Made by a program: the position numbers and the translations under genes. The notes beneath the pieces are model-generated. The model was not told the DNA's origin. It searched no databases and worked only from the letters and a program-made list of their open reading frames with translations. A DNA stretch of 61,459 nucleotides, the filler included, from Sphacelaria rigidula (lineage: Eukaryota), in the NCBI GenBank assembly GCA_964200075.2. It is 5 parts of 5 records of this genome, joined end to end, with 100 filler letters (N's around TTAATTAATTAA, not from the genome) between each part and the next. Parts side by side here need not be neighbours in the genome. Positions count along the whole stretch, not along the records: positions 49,251 to 61,459 come from CAXNAA020004004.1; 4 more parts are not named here. One strand, written 5' to 3'. Of the stretch, positions 51,334 through 61,459 are shown in pieces. Numbering within the stretch: the stretch's first letter is position 1; the number at the start of each line of letters is the position of its first letter.

Positions 51334-52539
51334 CGAACGCGGGACATAGCGACGTTCTCAGCCTGCAACTTGTGCTGACGATCTAGCCTTGAACATAGCG
51401 TTTTAGATATGCCGCGTGTTGGGCCGTAGGTCCTTCGTCTGGGGCACCTTGCTCGTGTGGACTACACCTACTTTGCAGATGATCCCGGCTAAATTTATAC
51501 GATGACTCTTGTACGCGAAAATTGGCACACATTTGACTTTTTATTTATTTTGGCGCAACACTGCATAAGTAAAGGAATCATGTGAATTGGTGAACATGCC
51601 GAAACACACGACATGCAGGTGTTAGGATAGTTGATATTTGGAAGCTGCAGTTTTCAGTTTTCTATAGCTAGCACACTACGAAGATTGTGCTGACTGTAGT
51701 GACCGTACACTGGTGAACAGTACGGTATATGATGCTCGTAGCAATATGGTGCTGCCCGTACAAACGCGGCGTAACCGTTCCTCCTGTATCGGGAGACAAT
51801 TGAAGATGACGCTTTCCCACGGTTTTTCAGGAACTTTGCATGTGTGTATCTCCACCGCGGCTACTTACTCACGGCTGGAATCTTGCGCACGACTTCACCT
51901 ATACAGGCAACATAAGCACCAAGTGGCGGCGCGGTTAGGTGGCCTGTCTTAATGATCACAGTGATCACTGATTTTTGGAAATTGCGTCGAAACTGCCTGA
52001 ACACGGCTATCCCGCAGCCCAAACTTCACACACCGTGAGTGAACGAGTACTCAGCACGCTGGTGCAGTAGCTGTCGGATCGTGTGCAATTGGGCACCCGT
52101 ACACTGACAAACGAATTCTGAGCATCCCCTAGAAAATGAGCATCTGTCGAATTTCGTACCGGCACCATCTGTAGAGCTGTTCATGTTCAGAGATATTGCC
52201 GTACACACGCTGTCGGAGGTGCACGGCGCGGAAACTCCGGCCACATATTATTTGAAGCACAATCAACAAGCTGTTATTGCTGATTCTGGTCTCGCGTGTT
52301 GCATGAGCGTGCAACGGGGCGGAAAGAGGGCCGATTTTTCAAAAACGTTTTTTTTCTCTTTATTTTGGCAAAACATAGTGTAGCTCTAATGATGCTCACT
52401 GAAAAATTGCAATGCCCGCACTGGAGAAAAGCCGCATCGAGGCCCCAAAACAATGGACATGTCTGTTGGAAGAGTGGTCTCATGGTCGGTTCAGCTTCTA
52501 CTGTACTCTTCAGTGCCCGATAATAATTGCAATCAGGTA

Positions 52540-52770
52540 GGTAGACCGACGCTAGTCGTAGACGCCATCTCTCTTCTCCCCTTATTTCGTTTCCTTTCCT
52601 TCCTCTTCGTGTTTCTTCACGTCTGCAAGTATCACTTATTCTTTACCTTTTTTTTTTCATCTCTCTCGTTCATCTTCATTTTCTCCCTCTCTCAAGCTTC
52701 CTTTTCTGAGTGTTCCGTTTCTCTCGTCCTGGGTACGCTTATTTCGTTTCCACGGCTGGAGTTTTGGGGG
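52540..52770. repeat. 231-bp pyrimidine-rich insertion flanked by an 8-bp direct repeat
   Basis: atcaggta at 52532-52539 and 52771-52778; no TIR seen. Confidence 0.4.
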
Positions 52771-54587
52771 ATCAGGTAACCCCTTGGGCGCCTCGTAGAC
52801 AGCAGGCCGCATTTTTTTTTGTTCCCCGCCGGTAGAGTTCGCAATTATCATTTTTGCGGGGGAGACAACGTCGTAAACAAGAGGGGTCCGGGCACCCTAG
52901 ACCATTGCCACGCACAAAGCTCGTGCCCCTTCCTGGTAATGATTGGACACCACCATCCTGCTACGATAGTCCCCCCCCCAAACCAGCCAAAGCTTTGTCA
53001 CGAAAAAAATGGTCATACAGACAGTGTTTGATTTCAGGCTGCATGAAGCGCCTCACATGGGCGACATTGGCGAGAACTATCCCAAGCGAGGGAATTCCCA
53101 GCTGCTCGTTTTGCTCGGCTTTTTTCATTTCGATTTACGTGAAGATTTCGCCTCATCAAGCCGACCACGTTTTCAGGGAGAGTATCGTAGCATTAGTCAC
53201 AGTAGGTGATCTTTGCTCTGCCGTCGCGGGTGCATCTCCGCTGTTGTAAGCGTCGACAGCAACGCTGATGGGAAACGGAGGCGTTCAGGGCCGCCGTCAT
53301 CCTGCTCAGTACAAACGTTGCACAAACACAAACTACTATACTCTTAGACTGCAACAGAAACCCATCGTAGTTGCTCAAGCATGTGGGCTGCTGCGATCCC
53401 ATTGGTCGACAATACGCGCGCAAAGTCGTGTAAGCGCCCGAGCTTCCTTCCATGATATTTCTTGTCTATTGTATCGTCATCCTCCACTGGACTGACAGGA
53501 GGGGCAGCAGGATATAAGCGTTAAAGCGGCAAGCGTGCGACAAACAATCAGTCAAACGTGGTCAGGTTCTCGCACAAGCTTTAGCGTGACCGGATCAACC
53601 CCCTTGCCCACAATACTGTGAGTTGAACCTCCTGTTGATGCCACTCCTCTATTACCTGCCCCTTATTCTATACGGGGATTGAAAATATGAATTGAAGATA
53701 TAACAATGACCGTTCATCGTGCATGCGATCGAAGCAGACAGGGGATTTGCCACTTGTTTCGCGTACACGGCACGGTGAGAGCATGTCTCAAAAAAGATAC
53801 AAGTCAATTTCCGATTTTCGAATTCGATTTGCAAATCACGTTGGCGAACGAACGATCAAAATCCGGTTCAGTACTGGAGGAAGAGCGGCCACGTGCTTTT
53901 TGCTTCACAGCCGAACAAGTGATCTGACACAAAATTTTGTTCCTCATGTAATCTGATCAATTTTTCATCCAGGTCAAGCTCAACGTGCTCAGCTGATCAG
54001 CTTCGACTCGAGCTATATGTCTTTGGTTTGCAGGGGCAGTGTGACTCTCAGGGTCATGCGTGCTTTTGTTGTGTTGCGGGTCACTCCTTGGCATTCGCCC
54101 ATGCGCTCACTACGTTCATGATCGCCAGTCCGCGCAACCTATTTTGCACGAACTCCAGAACGAGTTTAAAAAAAAACAAGATGCGGGAACAGATTTTTTG
54201 CCGATCTTCGTGGGCGGGGTGGTATGGCATCGACCGATCGCAGGTTATCGAGCAGCTCAAAGATTATGATAATAATGTTTCTTTTGTATCGGTAAGACGA
54301 AGTTTTGAATACTCCTGCAGTAACGTGCGCTCCTGATATTTTCAGCGGCTGGGAATTCCGCTGGTGTTCAGCAGAGATCCCCACTGTCGTGCGGCCCTTG
54401 TACGTGCGGGTGCCCCTCTTGCTCATCATATGAAATCAAGAAGGCGCTCTACCATCGATAAAAACCTCGCTGCACATGTAACTCCAGCACTGCAGGGCTA
54501 CAGGCCACGTTCCTGTGCTCAACTCATGTTGCCTCACCACAACCCCACTCTGCTTCCCTGTTGCTGCACTTTGGTTCCGTCGGCTAG

Positions 54588-54931
54588 GTGCTGGGCTCAG
54601 ACTCGGCTCGCCTGGCGGCCGACAACCCAGCGGAGGAGGCACTGTTGATCGACGTCGTCAGTGGCTTGGCGCCGTCGGGAGGCCGTCCCTGCACCGCCGA
54701 AACCTTCTTGCCCGGAAAAACGGCGGCGTCGGCGACGACAGCCGGGGGTGACGGATCGCGCACTCCACCGAGGCGGGTAGCCCTGTGCGCGCTCCCGGAG
54801 GCATGCAGTCGGCACAACTCGCCCCCGCAGCCGCATGCAATCGCCGACTGCGCGCGCAGCATGAGCGGCGGTGGCAACGTAGCCATCTTGATGTGCTTGA
54901 AGGACCCTTCGTTTGCCTTTGCCGCCGGCTG
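54588..54931 (+). CDS. NPEPL1: M17 aminopeptidase, NPEPL1-type, internal exon (N-terminal domain)
   Basis: tag|GTGCTG...GGCTG|gtgagt; CALPEACSRHNSPPQPHAI matches the NPEPL1 SRHNSP motif; phase 2 end joins the next exon as GC|AVARAFPLY. Confidence 0.9.
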
Positions 54932-55001
54932 GTGAGTTATGTCCTCCCGTAGCATCGGAACAGATGCTGCCGTCGTGTGTACCTACAGCATCCTTGGGTG
55001 T

Positions 55002-55097
55002 GTGCTCATGATCTTGCATGCTTTAGTCACCAGACCGTTGACCTCGTATTCGTATAAAGCCTGGACGGACCACGCCGGGGTTTTGCCGGGCCAGGCT
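55002..55097 (-). mobile_element. Solo A-B unit of the C-tract-associated retroposon in an NPEPL1 intron
   Basis: Reverse complement agcctggcccggcaaaaccccggcgtgg..gaggtcaacggtctggtgactaaagcatgcaagatcatgagcac; G-run nearby. Confidence 0.85.
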
Positions 55098-55979
55098 CGC
55101 TGTCACCATGTCCTGGGGGGGGGGGGGGGGGCAGGGTGAGGGGAAGTGCCTATTCATCCACGGTTGCACCGGCAATTCGTTTATATCGAGAATAAGAAAG
55201 TGGGAAATCAGTGTAGACGCCGAGTTCGACGGATGAAGTTTAATTTTGAAGCTCCTTGCCTGGACCATGACAAGGGACTTTGTCAGTACGTCCGTACGTC
55301 AAGGTTCCACGCATCGTTATCTGATTGGCTAGTTCGATTTTTTCATCAGGAAGATCCGGGATACCTTTTGAAAAAATAGCTTTTTATGTTGGGGGCTGGG
55401 TTAGCATCTCTTAACAGTGTTCCCCCGAGACTTCATGCGGTCCGTCGCCGGTGCGGCTAGGGTTAGGTTTAATATTTCGTTGTAATTGGGCGTTCTGAAG
55501 ATGCGGACCTTATGTTTTTTTACGCCCGATATGGTGAAACAGGCCTCGTCAGAACGTGCAAAGAAAAAACCATACCGCGTGGGTCGCTGGATTTCAAAAT
55601 GTATGAAAGACTCATGCCGTACGAATGATGAGTGGGGAAAATATATGATAAATCAATTCGTACTGCACGAATGAGGGGTGGGATTTTATATACGTGGTGG
55701 ACCTTGCCGTGCAAATCACAGGCTCACAGTATCTACAAATCACAACTTTTGTACCGATCGCACGAGTGATTCGCGCAAAAGATACTGCACAATGCGGTGT
55801 ATTCGAGCCGTCGACGACACATTTTTGTGGAACCTAAAAGTCATCAGCAGGAGGTGGCATTCACAGGGTGTAATATAGCACGTACTTCCTATGCAATACT
55901 AAAGCTGTGGAAATTGCGTCAAAAACAGCGCAAACCTGCCAGTCTTACACACACCGTACTAAGGGTAAGGGGTGTGGAT

Positions 55980-56392
55980 CAGGGTCTCGAGAAGGGCATG
56001 CGGTGCTGCGACAGCGCAGATATTTAGGAAAATTTGCGCATAGCGCAGAGTCCCGACGGGCTTATCTGCGGCTTGCCGCATGAATGTACTTTGGGCGCAG
56101 TCACTTCGCCGAAGGCGAAAACAAATCTGCGGCCTTTTTCGCCGGAGGCGGATTATTTTTTCAAGGCCCTTTTTTTTCGCCCGAGGCGAAAATTGTTTTT
56201 AGGGCCTTTTTTGTTTCGCCGTGAAAAATATCAACATCTTGCCTAATTTTGAGGGTATTTCGAAGGAGAAAAGCCCAAAATTTTCCTCTCCGCGGGACCC
56301 CTCCGGTGGGGGCCCCCTGCGGGGGCCGCATATGGCCTTCGGCTCTGGTCTGCGCAAGCGCAGACCGAGCCTCCGGACGTTTTGAGACCCTG
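55980..56392. mobile_element. 413-bp hAT-type MITE
   Basis: TIR cagggtctc / gagaccctg; exact 8-bp TSD gtgtggat at 55972-55979 and 56393-56400; internal cgccgaaggcg-type motifs. Confidence 0.9.
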
Positions 56393-57984
56393 GTGTGGAT
56401 AAGTCAAGGTTTAATTCATTCCATCCCAAGGATCGGATGATGACCCAGTCGTGTCACGAGAGGGCTGCACGTTTCAAAAAAAAACTAGTGTGAGGTACCT
56501 TCACGTTGTCAGACAAAACCATGGCATTTTCTCAGCTTGCGATGTTAACCTAGAAGAGGATCGCCTCGCGTTCAGACGCTACTTCATCCGTACTGCACTC
56601 GTGCGAGTGTTCCAGAGTCTGTATCTAACTCCAGCACGCCGGCCCGGAAATAGTTAGTGCACCCCTCTACCGTAGCGCGACTTGAACACATCAACACGCA
56701 CACGTGTGCGTATGCACCGAAATATTGTCATTTATTTCGCAAAAAAGAAGTCATGGCAAACACGCCCAAAGTTACTCCGCATCAGACGTCCCCTCCAAGG
56801 TCTCGGCCCCAACCCTAACCCTCTCTATTTGGGGTTTGTTCGGGATACTCCGTCGAGGGGCTGACTTTGCCAGCTCGGTTGTCCTCGGCGACGTGCGCGA
56901 TTCGAGCGTTGATTTTTGCCTCGTGTGCTTTAAGCCCGAATGCAAAACCTTGCGATGGCCGTTTCAGGGAACGTCATTCTATAGGTGTTTGAGGGTACGC
57001 TTTGAAAGCACCAAAAGAAGGCCAGTGCTGTCAAGTCCGTGTCAAAATGAGTACAGGCACATGTTGCGTCTGGACGGGGAGAGCGTCGCCTTAATGCACG
57101 ACTAATGTCCATCCGAGTGGTGAACTCTAAAATCAAGCGTATCCACCAGGTGGAGCATCCCAGGAAAAAAATGAAAAATGGATGAGTTTTCTACTCGTAT
57201 GATTGGAATGGCTTCATCGAACAGCCCGGACACTTTGGGGGGGGCGGGGGGGGGGGATATCATCTCCAACTGTTGTGCACTATCCTCTCCAAGCAAAGCG
57301 TGCGTTGTTTTTGGGCTGAGATCGGCTCGCCTGCGGTATCGTTTTCAGCAGAAGCGCGATGCAGCAGGGTGTGCCCCCTGCATCCTGGAGAACCACGGGG
57401 TGGGTTTTTCGCCGAGCGAAGGCGTGTATGAAGATCCGGATCTGTTTTTTTCGTTTTTTTCGCCCGAGATGGAAAACACTACAAAGCCGAGATTCTGACA
57501 GCGTGTCATTCATGAGGCAAAGTTGTCCCCGCTCATACCGCACGAACATAGTCGTACGAACTTGATAGTTTCGTGACGTGCTGGTGAATGATATACCCTG
57601 ATGATACTCTGTACTGTTTTCGAATGTGCCTCCTACGGTTTATTGTAATATATATATAATATATATATATATCCGCCGACCGGCCAAACACGGCGAGAAA
57701 AGCCCCGAAAGTACCTTGTACATATCCCACATGCACGCAGGAGATTTTTTTTTTCCCCGTCATGAGTTTTACACATCGCACAGCTCATGAGCTACCTAAA
57801 ATAATTAATTGCAGAGGACTCTCCGATCCCTTGTCCAATAACACGAAATACGCGACAGCGAGGTCCGAGAAGTCAAAGTTTTACCTTTGCGCTACCCTGC
57901 GTGGCCTGCGTGGTCGGCGTGGTCGGCGTCCAGCGCTATGGGAATCAATTTGATTATTGCTCGAAAATTATGGATTGTTTATAA

Positions 57985-58086
57985 CCATCTGACCGCGAGG
58001 GTATAGGTCACCTGCTGACTCGGCACCAATTTCACTTGAAAAAAGTACGCGTGATTCAGATGGACTACCCGCATCGCGGTCAAGGG
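57985..58086. mobile_element. piggyBac-type MITE copy (reverse orientation)
   Basis: gaccgcgagggta..ggtcacctgctga.tcggcaccaatttcacttgaaaaaa..ggactacccgcatcgcggtcaaggg is the reverse of 26939-27043. Confidence 0.75.
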
Positions 58087-59791
58087 CCTGTCTTAGCACT
58101 TTTTTCTTTGAACGATAAAGTGCGGTCGATTTTTTTTCGCCGATCTCATAGGTCCACCGCATTTATGTTCCTCGAAGGCTTCAGCTTGAAACTATAATTA
58201 GCGGCGCGCGGAGAAGAATGCAACGAGGTAAAAAACAATCGTTTTCGATCGAAAAAATGCGGTCAAAAGGCACGAAGCGGCACTTGACTCCCATCTTACA
58301 GACCACCACGCCAAATAACACCTGTTCACAGGACCATGCAAACTTCATCCAACTCATTCTCAGCTACCGGCGCAACCCTGTAGCATTGACCACGAGTTGA
58401 GCACAGGGATAGTTACACTACAGTAGTCGGGTGTGCTTTGTTTATTTTTTGTTGGCGAGAACTTGCTCATCCTCTCTCATGGTAGGGATCAGCGACGGAA
58501 CTGCGTGGTACGGTGGGCAACCGAGTTGCGTGCACGCTCATGGACAATGCAGGCAGTACAAAGCTGCACGTTGCTGAAGTCGTTTTCACATCGCACTGTA
58601 AGCAGAGAGAAATGATAGTCCTAGGATGTCTGCACTGCACGTTGCCTGCTTCTCCTTTATATCTTCCTGCACGAAACATGCACACACGCACTCAACACAC
58701 CCTGCTTGTAAGCAGTGCACACAGTACACACTGTACTGTACACGAGTGACCATGTGCCGTTTCACGCTTCTCGCTGTATTTTTTGGATCGAAAGCTTGAA
58801 AATCCATCTGCACCCAAGTGCATCAAAACGAGAATTTTTCGCTCAGATCGATTCCACCGCCCCCATTTTTGATCCAAAAGAAAAGTGCTAAGACAGGCCT
58901 TAAGGGTTAAGACAAGCCAAGACTCGAAGACATCAAAGAAGGAGCCCACGAAAACAACACGAGGCAAAATAAAAATAAAAACTCAGTCTATTACCCAGCT
59001 GCGACCTCGTCAGTGGGTACGCTAACCCGTGACTTCTGTTCTTGATTGTTGACCCGCCATTTTGTTGCGGGGCTGGTCAACACTTGCACCCGGAGTAAAC
59101 GAAAGGTGAGAAAAATAACCCCCCGGACAAGGATCAATAACAATATATATATGTATATACAAGAAAATGGAACAGAAGAACAATACAAAAATGAACCATC
59201 CTTCTACCTTGGTTCCAACCGCTCTCGAGTATCAGGGCGGCGGGGGGGGCGAAATGATTCGAAACACATTCGAGAACCACTACTGTACTGTACTTGACTA
59301 TCTTCGAACGCGAGTGCTGCTTGCCTTGCTGAACACTGACGAGTGTGGAGTGCTTTGGGCTGGGAAACTGAACACGACTGAAAGTGTGGGGCCGAGAGTG
59401 TGCCCTCACAAGCTGACCCCTACCATCCTGCTGCGGACCGTCATCCGCCAACACATGGCTCAGATTTCCACGAAACCCGGACATTTGTTCATTGCTCCAG
59501 AATTTGTTTGTTTTTAGACAAAGCCAAGACTTGGGAAGAACGGGGAAGGAACCCGAAGAGAACGACACAAGGCGAGGGAAGAAGGACTGACTCTGCCCAG
59601 CAGCGACCTCCTCGCAGCGGGTACGCTGTGAGACCGCTCCTTACAGCAAACGTGAATAAAGTCCTGTAGAAATGCTTTTTTGGTCCTTCGTCGTCGTTTT
59701 ACACCCCGAAAGAGAGCTGGGCGGAGTTTTACCCACTGGAATGACTGGCTCTACTCGTTGGGACGGTTCTCGAACACCTTCGCGTCGTTCG

Positions 59792-59940
59792 GTGGCCGCG
59801 GTTTTCATTTTGGCCAAACTTGAATTTTTGTCCAAGAAATGTCAAGAACGGTCAAATCTAGGGAAAAGTGCCATTTTCCTCTGGACTTGACCGTATCTGG
59901 ATAAAAATGCGTGTTTGGTCAAAATAAAAACTGCGGCCAC
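59792..59940. repeat. ~150-bp near-complete palindrome/hairpin in an NPEPL1 intron
   Basis: gtggccgcggttttcattttggccaaac..acggtcaaatctagggaaaa pairs with ttttcctctggacttgaccgt..gtttggtcaaaataaaaactgcggccac. Confidence 0.85.
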
Positions 59941-60089
59941 ATTCCTCTCTCTTTGGCAGCGATCTAACACCAGCCACATTCCCTCCCCTCCTTCGCATGC
60001 GCACCCTCGAATCCTTGTTCACGCTCCCCTCTGACAAAACTCCAACGGAACGGCAAACTGCATCGCCCCAACTTCAATATTGTTGTAAG

Positions 60090-60669
60090 TGCCGTGGCCA
60101 GAGCATTCCCCCTATACGGCCTCACCACACGAAAGCGCCGCGCAGATTCAGCATCCGCTGCCGCCGTCGGCAGCGCCGGTGCCCACCCCGAGAAGGACGT
60201 GTTGGTGTTCCTGCGGTATCCCGACGGTGAGGCCTGGAAGAATGTAAGGACGGACATTATCGCGGCCGCCGAAGGCATCCGTCTCGCCGCGCGGCTGGTC
60301 GACACGCCGCCCAACTTCTTGCACACCTCGGCTTTCGTCGCGGAGGCAATGTCCGTGGCGAACAGCCTCAACTACAGGGGTCAAGGGCAAGGACTAGTGG
60401 GCGCTGGGGCGGGATTGGGAGCGGTGACGGTGAGGGTGCTACGAGGCAAAGAGCTCGCGGATCAAGGCTTCGGGGGTCTCTACGGCGTTGGAAAGGCGGC
60501 CGTCGAGCCGCCGGCCCTGGTGGTCCTGACCCATGAGTTGGCGCCGTCGTCAGGGGCTGGTCCCGCGGCGGCAGGGGAGCCAGCGAGGCACGAAGGTTCT
60601 GTGTGTTTCGTCGGCAAGGGTATCATTTACGACACGGGTGGTCTGTCCATCAAGACCAAGACGGGCATG
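60090..60669 (+). CDS. NPEPL1: M17 aminopeptidase, NPEPL1-type, internal exon
   Basis: aag|TGCCGTG...GGCATG|gtgggc; ARAFPLY, GIRLAARLVDTPPN, GFGGLYGVGKAA..PPAL, VGKGIIYDTGGLSIK (metal-binding K/D). Confidence 0.96.
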
Positions 60670-61086
60670 GTGGGCTAGCTCGGACTGTAGGCGGAGGAAG
60701 GGTAGTAGTAGAGATGGTGAAGGACAGCCGCCCCATCCCGTATCTGTTTTGTGTGGAAATGTGTACAGCTTGTGATATTTAGCGTGGTTCGCTGTTGTGA
60801 GGTGTCGAGGACAGTCGTCACGACTCGAGAACGGCTTGTCAACGGTCTCTGTCGTTCCTGCTCTACCGTCAAGCGCCGGTATATATATATATATATATAA
60901 TATATAATATATATATATATATATCAACACGCTTTAGAAGAAAGCAGCTCGCAAGCAGTAGCTTTCAGCCTTGAAAAATCTAGACAAAGTACACGCGTGA
61001 CGCTTCGTCGCGCACCTTTCGTACCGCTACCAAAATGAAAGCCATCCACGCGGTTTATGCTCTTCTCGATCCGCCCAATCGTGCAG

Positions 61087-61299
61087 CCGGGCATGAAACG
61101 CGATATGGGGGGAGCTGCTGCGATCCTGGCAGCTTTTCAGGCAGCAGTGAAGTGCCGCATTGCGGCGACAGCCGGGAACGAGACCTTGCTTCGACGCGGC
61201 TGTCGCACACTCCACGCCATCTTGTGCCTGGCCGAAAACTCGGTGGATGCCACCGCCACGCGCCCAGATGATGTGCACACACTTTATTCCGGGCGGACG
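61087..61299 (+). CDS. NPEPL1: M17 aminopeptidase, NPEPL1-type, internal exon
   Basis: cag|CCGGGC...CGGACG|gtgaga; PGMKRDMGGAAAIL..LHAILCLAEN..TRPDDVHTLYSGRT. The NTDAEGRL exon lies beyond the window. Confidence 0.96.
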
Positions 61300-61459
61300 G
61301 TGAGATGCCCAGCAGATGTGTCGCGTGATTTGAATTTACGCGCGATCACATGTTCGATATTCACCGGTATTCCTCGCTGACCGAAGAAGGATTCGTCGGT
61401 GCCGTGGTTCCCACTGCTGGAGTAGGCAATACATGGTACTACTGTTGCACCCGCTATCA

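Noticed and set aside
53050-54290. Minus-strand fragments (ELLDNLRS.., AIMNVVSAW, Cys-rich stretch) as a decayed piggyBac transposase
   Set aside because: Similarity too weak to support without a profile search, and no paired TIR identified.
24003-54587. Further myosin tail exons or NPEPL1 first exon across the gaps
   Set aside because: Segments are unrelated contigs, and no supportable exon was found.
1-61459. Most short ORFs in the six-frame track
   Set aside because: They are low-complexity or antisense readings of introns and repeats without recognisable motifs.

Overview
Eukaryotic, intron-rich, repeat-dense DNA, most consistent with a brown alga or related stramenopile (inferred from exon style and transposable-element content). 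The window is not one locus. It is five contigs of 12214, 12214, 12212, 12210 and 12209 bp in descending size order, joined by 100-bp N/TTAATTAATTAA spacers. Host genes: seven internal exons of a divergent single-IQ myosin (13815-24002, +) and three internal exons of an NPEPL1-type M17 aminopeptidase (54588-61299, +). The rest is mostly mobile DNA: an RTE LINE fragment; an integrase-deleted Ty1/copia element sitting in a chromodomain-bearing Ty3/gypsy-like remnant; Tc1/mariner-, piggyBac-, PIF/Harbinger- and hAT-type non-autonomous elements with readable TIRs/TSDs; and a 3.6-kb foldback-like element with a 10-bp TSD inside a decayed transposase-like gene. The most unusual signal is a non-coding retroposon family with at least 13 copies across all five contigs. 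It has a fixed ...ATGAGTAC 3' end abutting C-rich sequence rather than a poly(A) tail, is variably 5'-truncated, and makes a 13-bp TSD. Its 3' end shows a covarying RNA fold, and its long form has an A-internal-A-B direct-repeat architecture.
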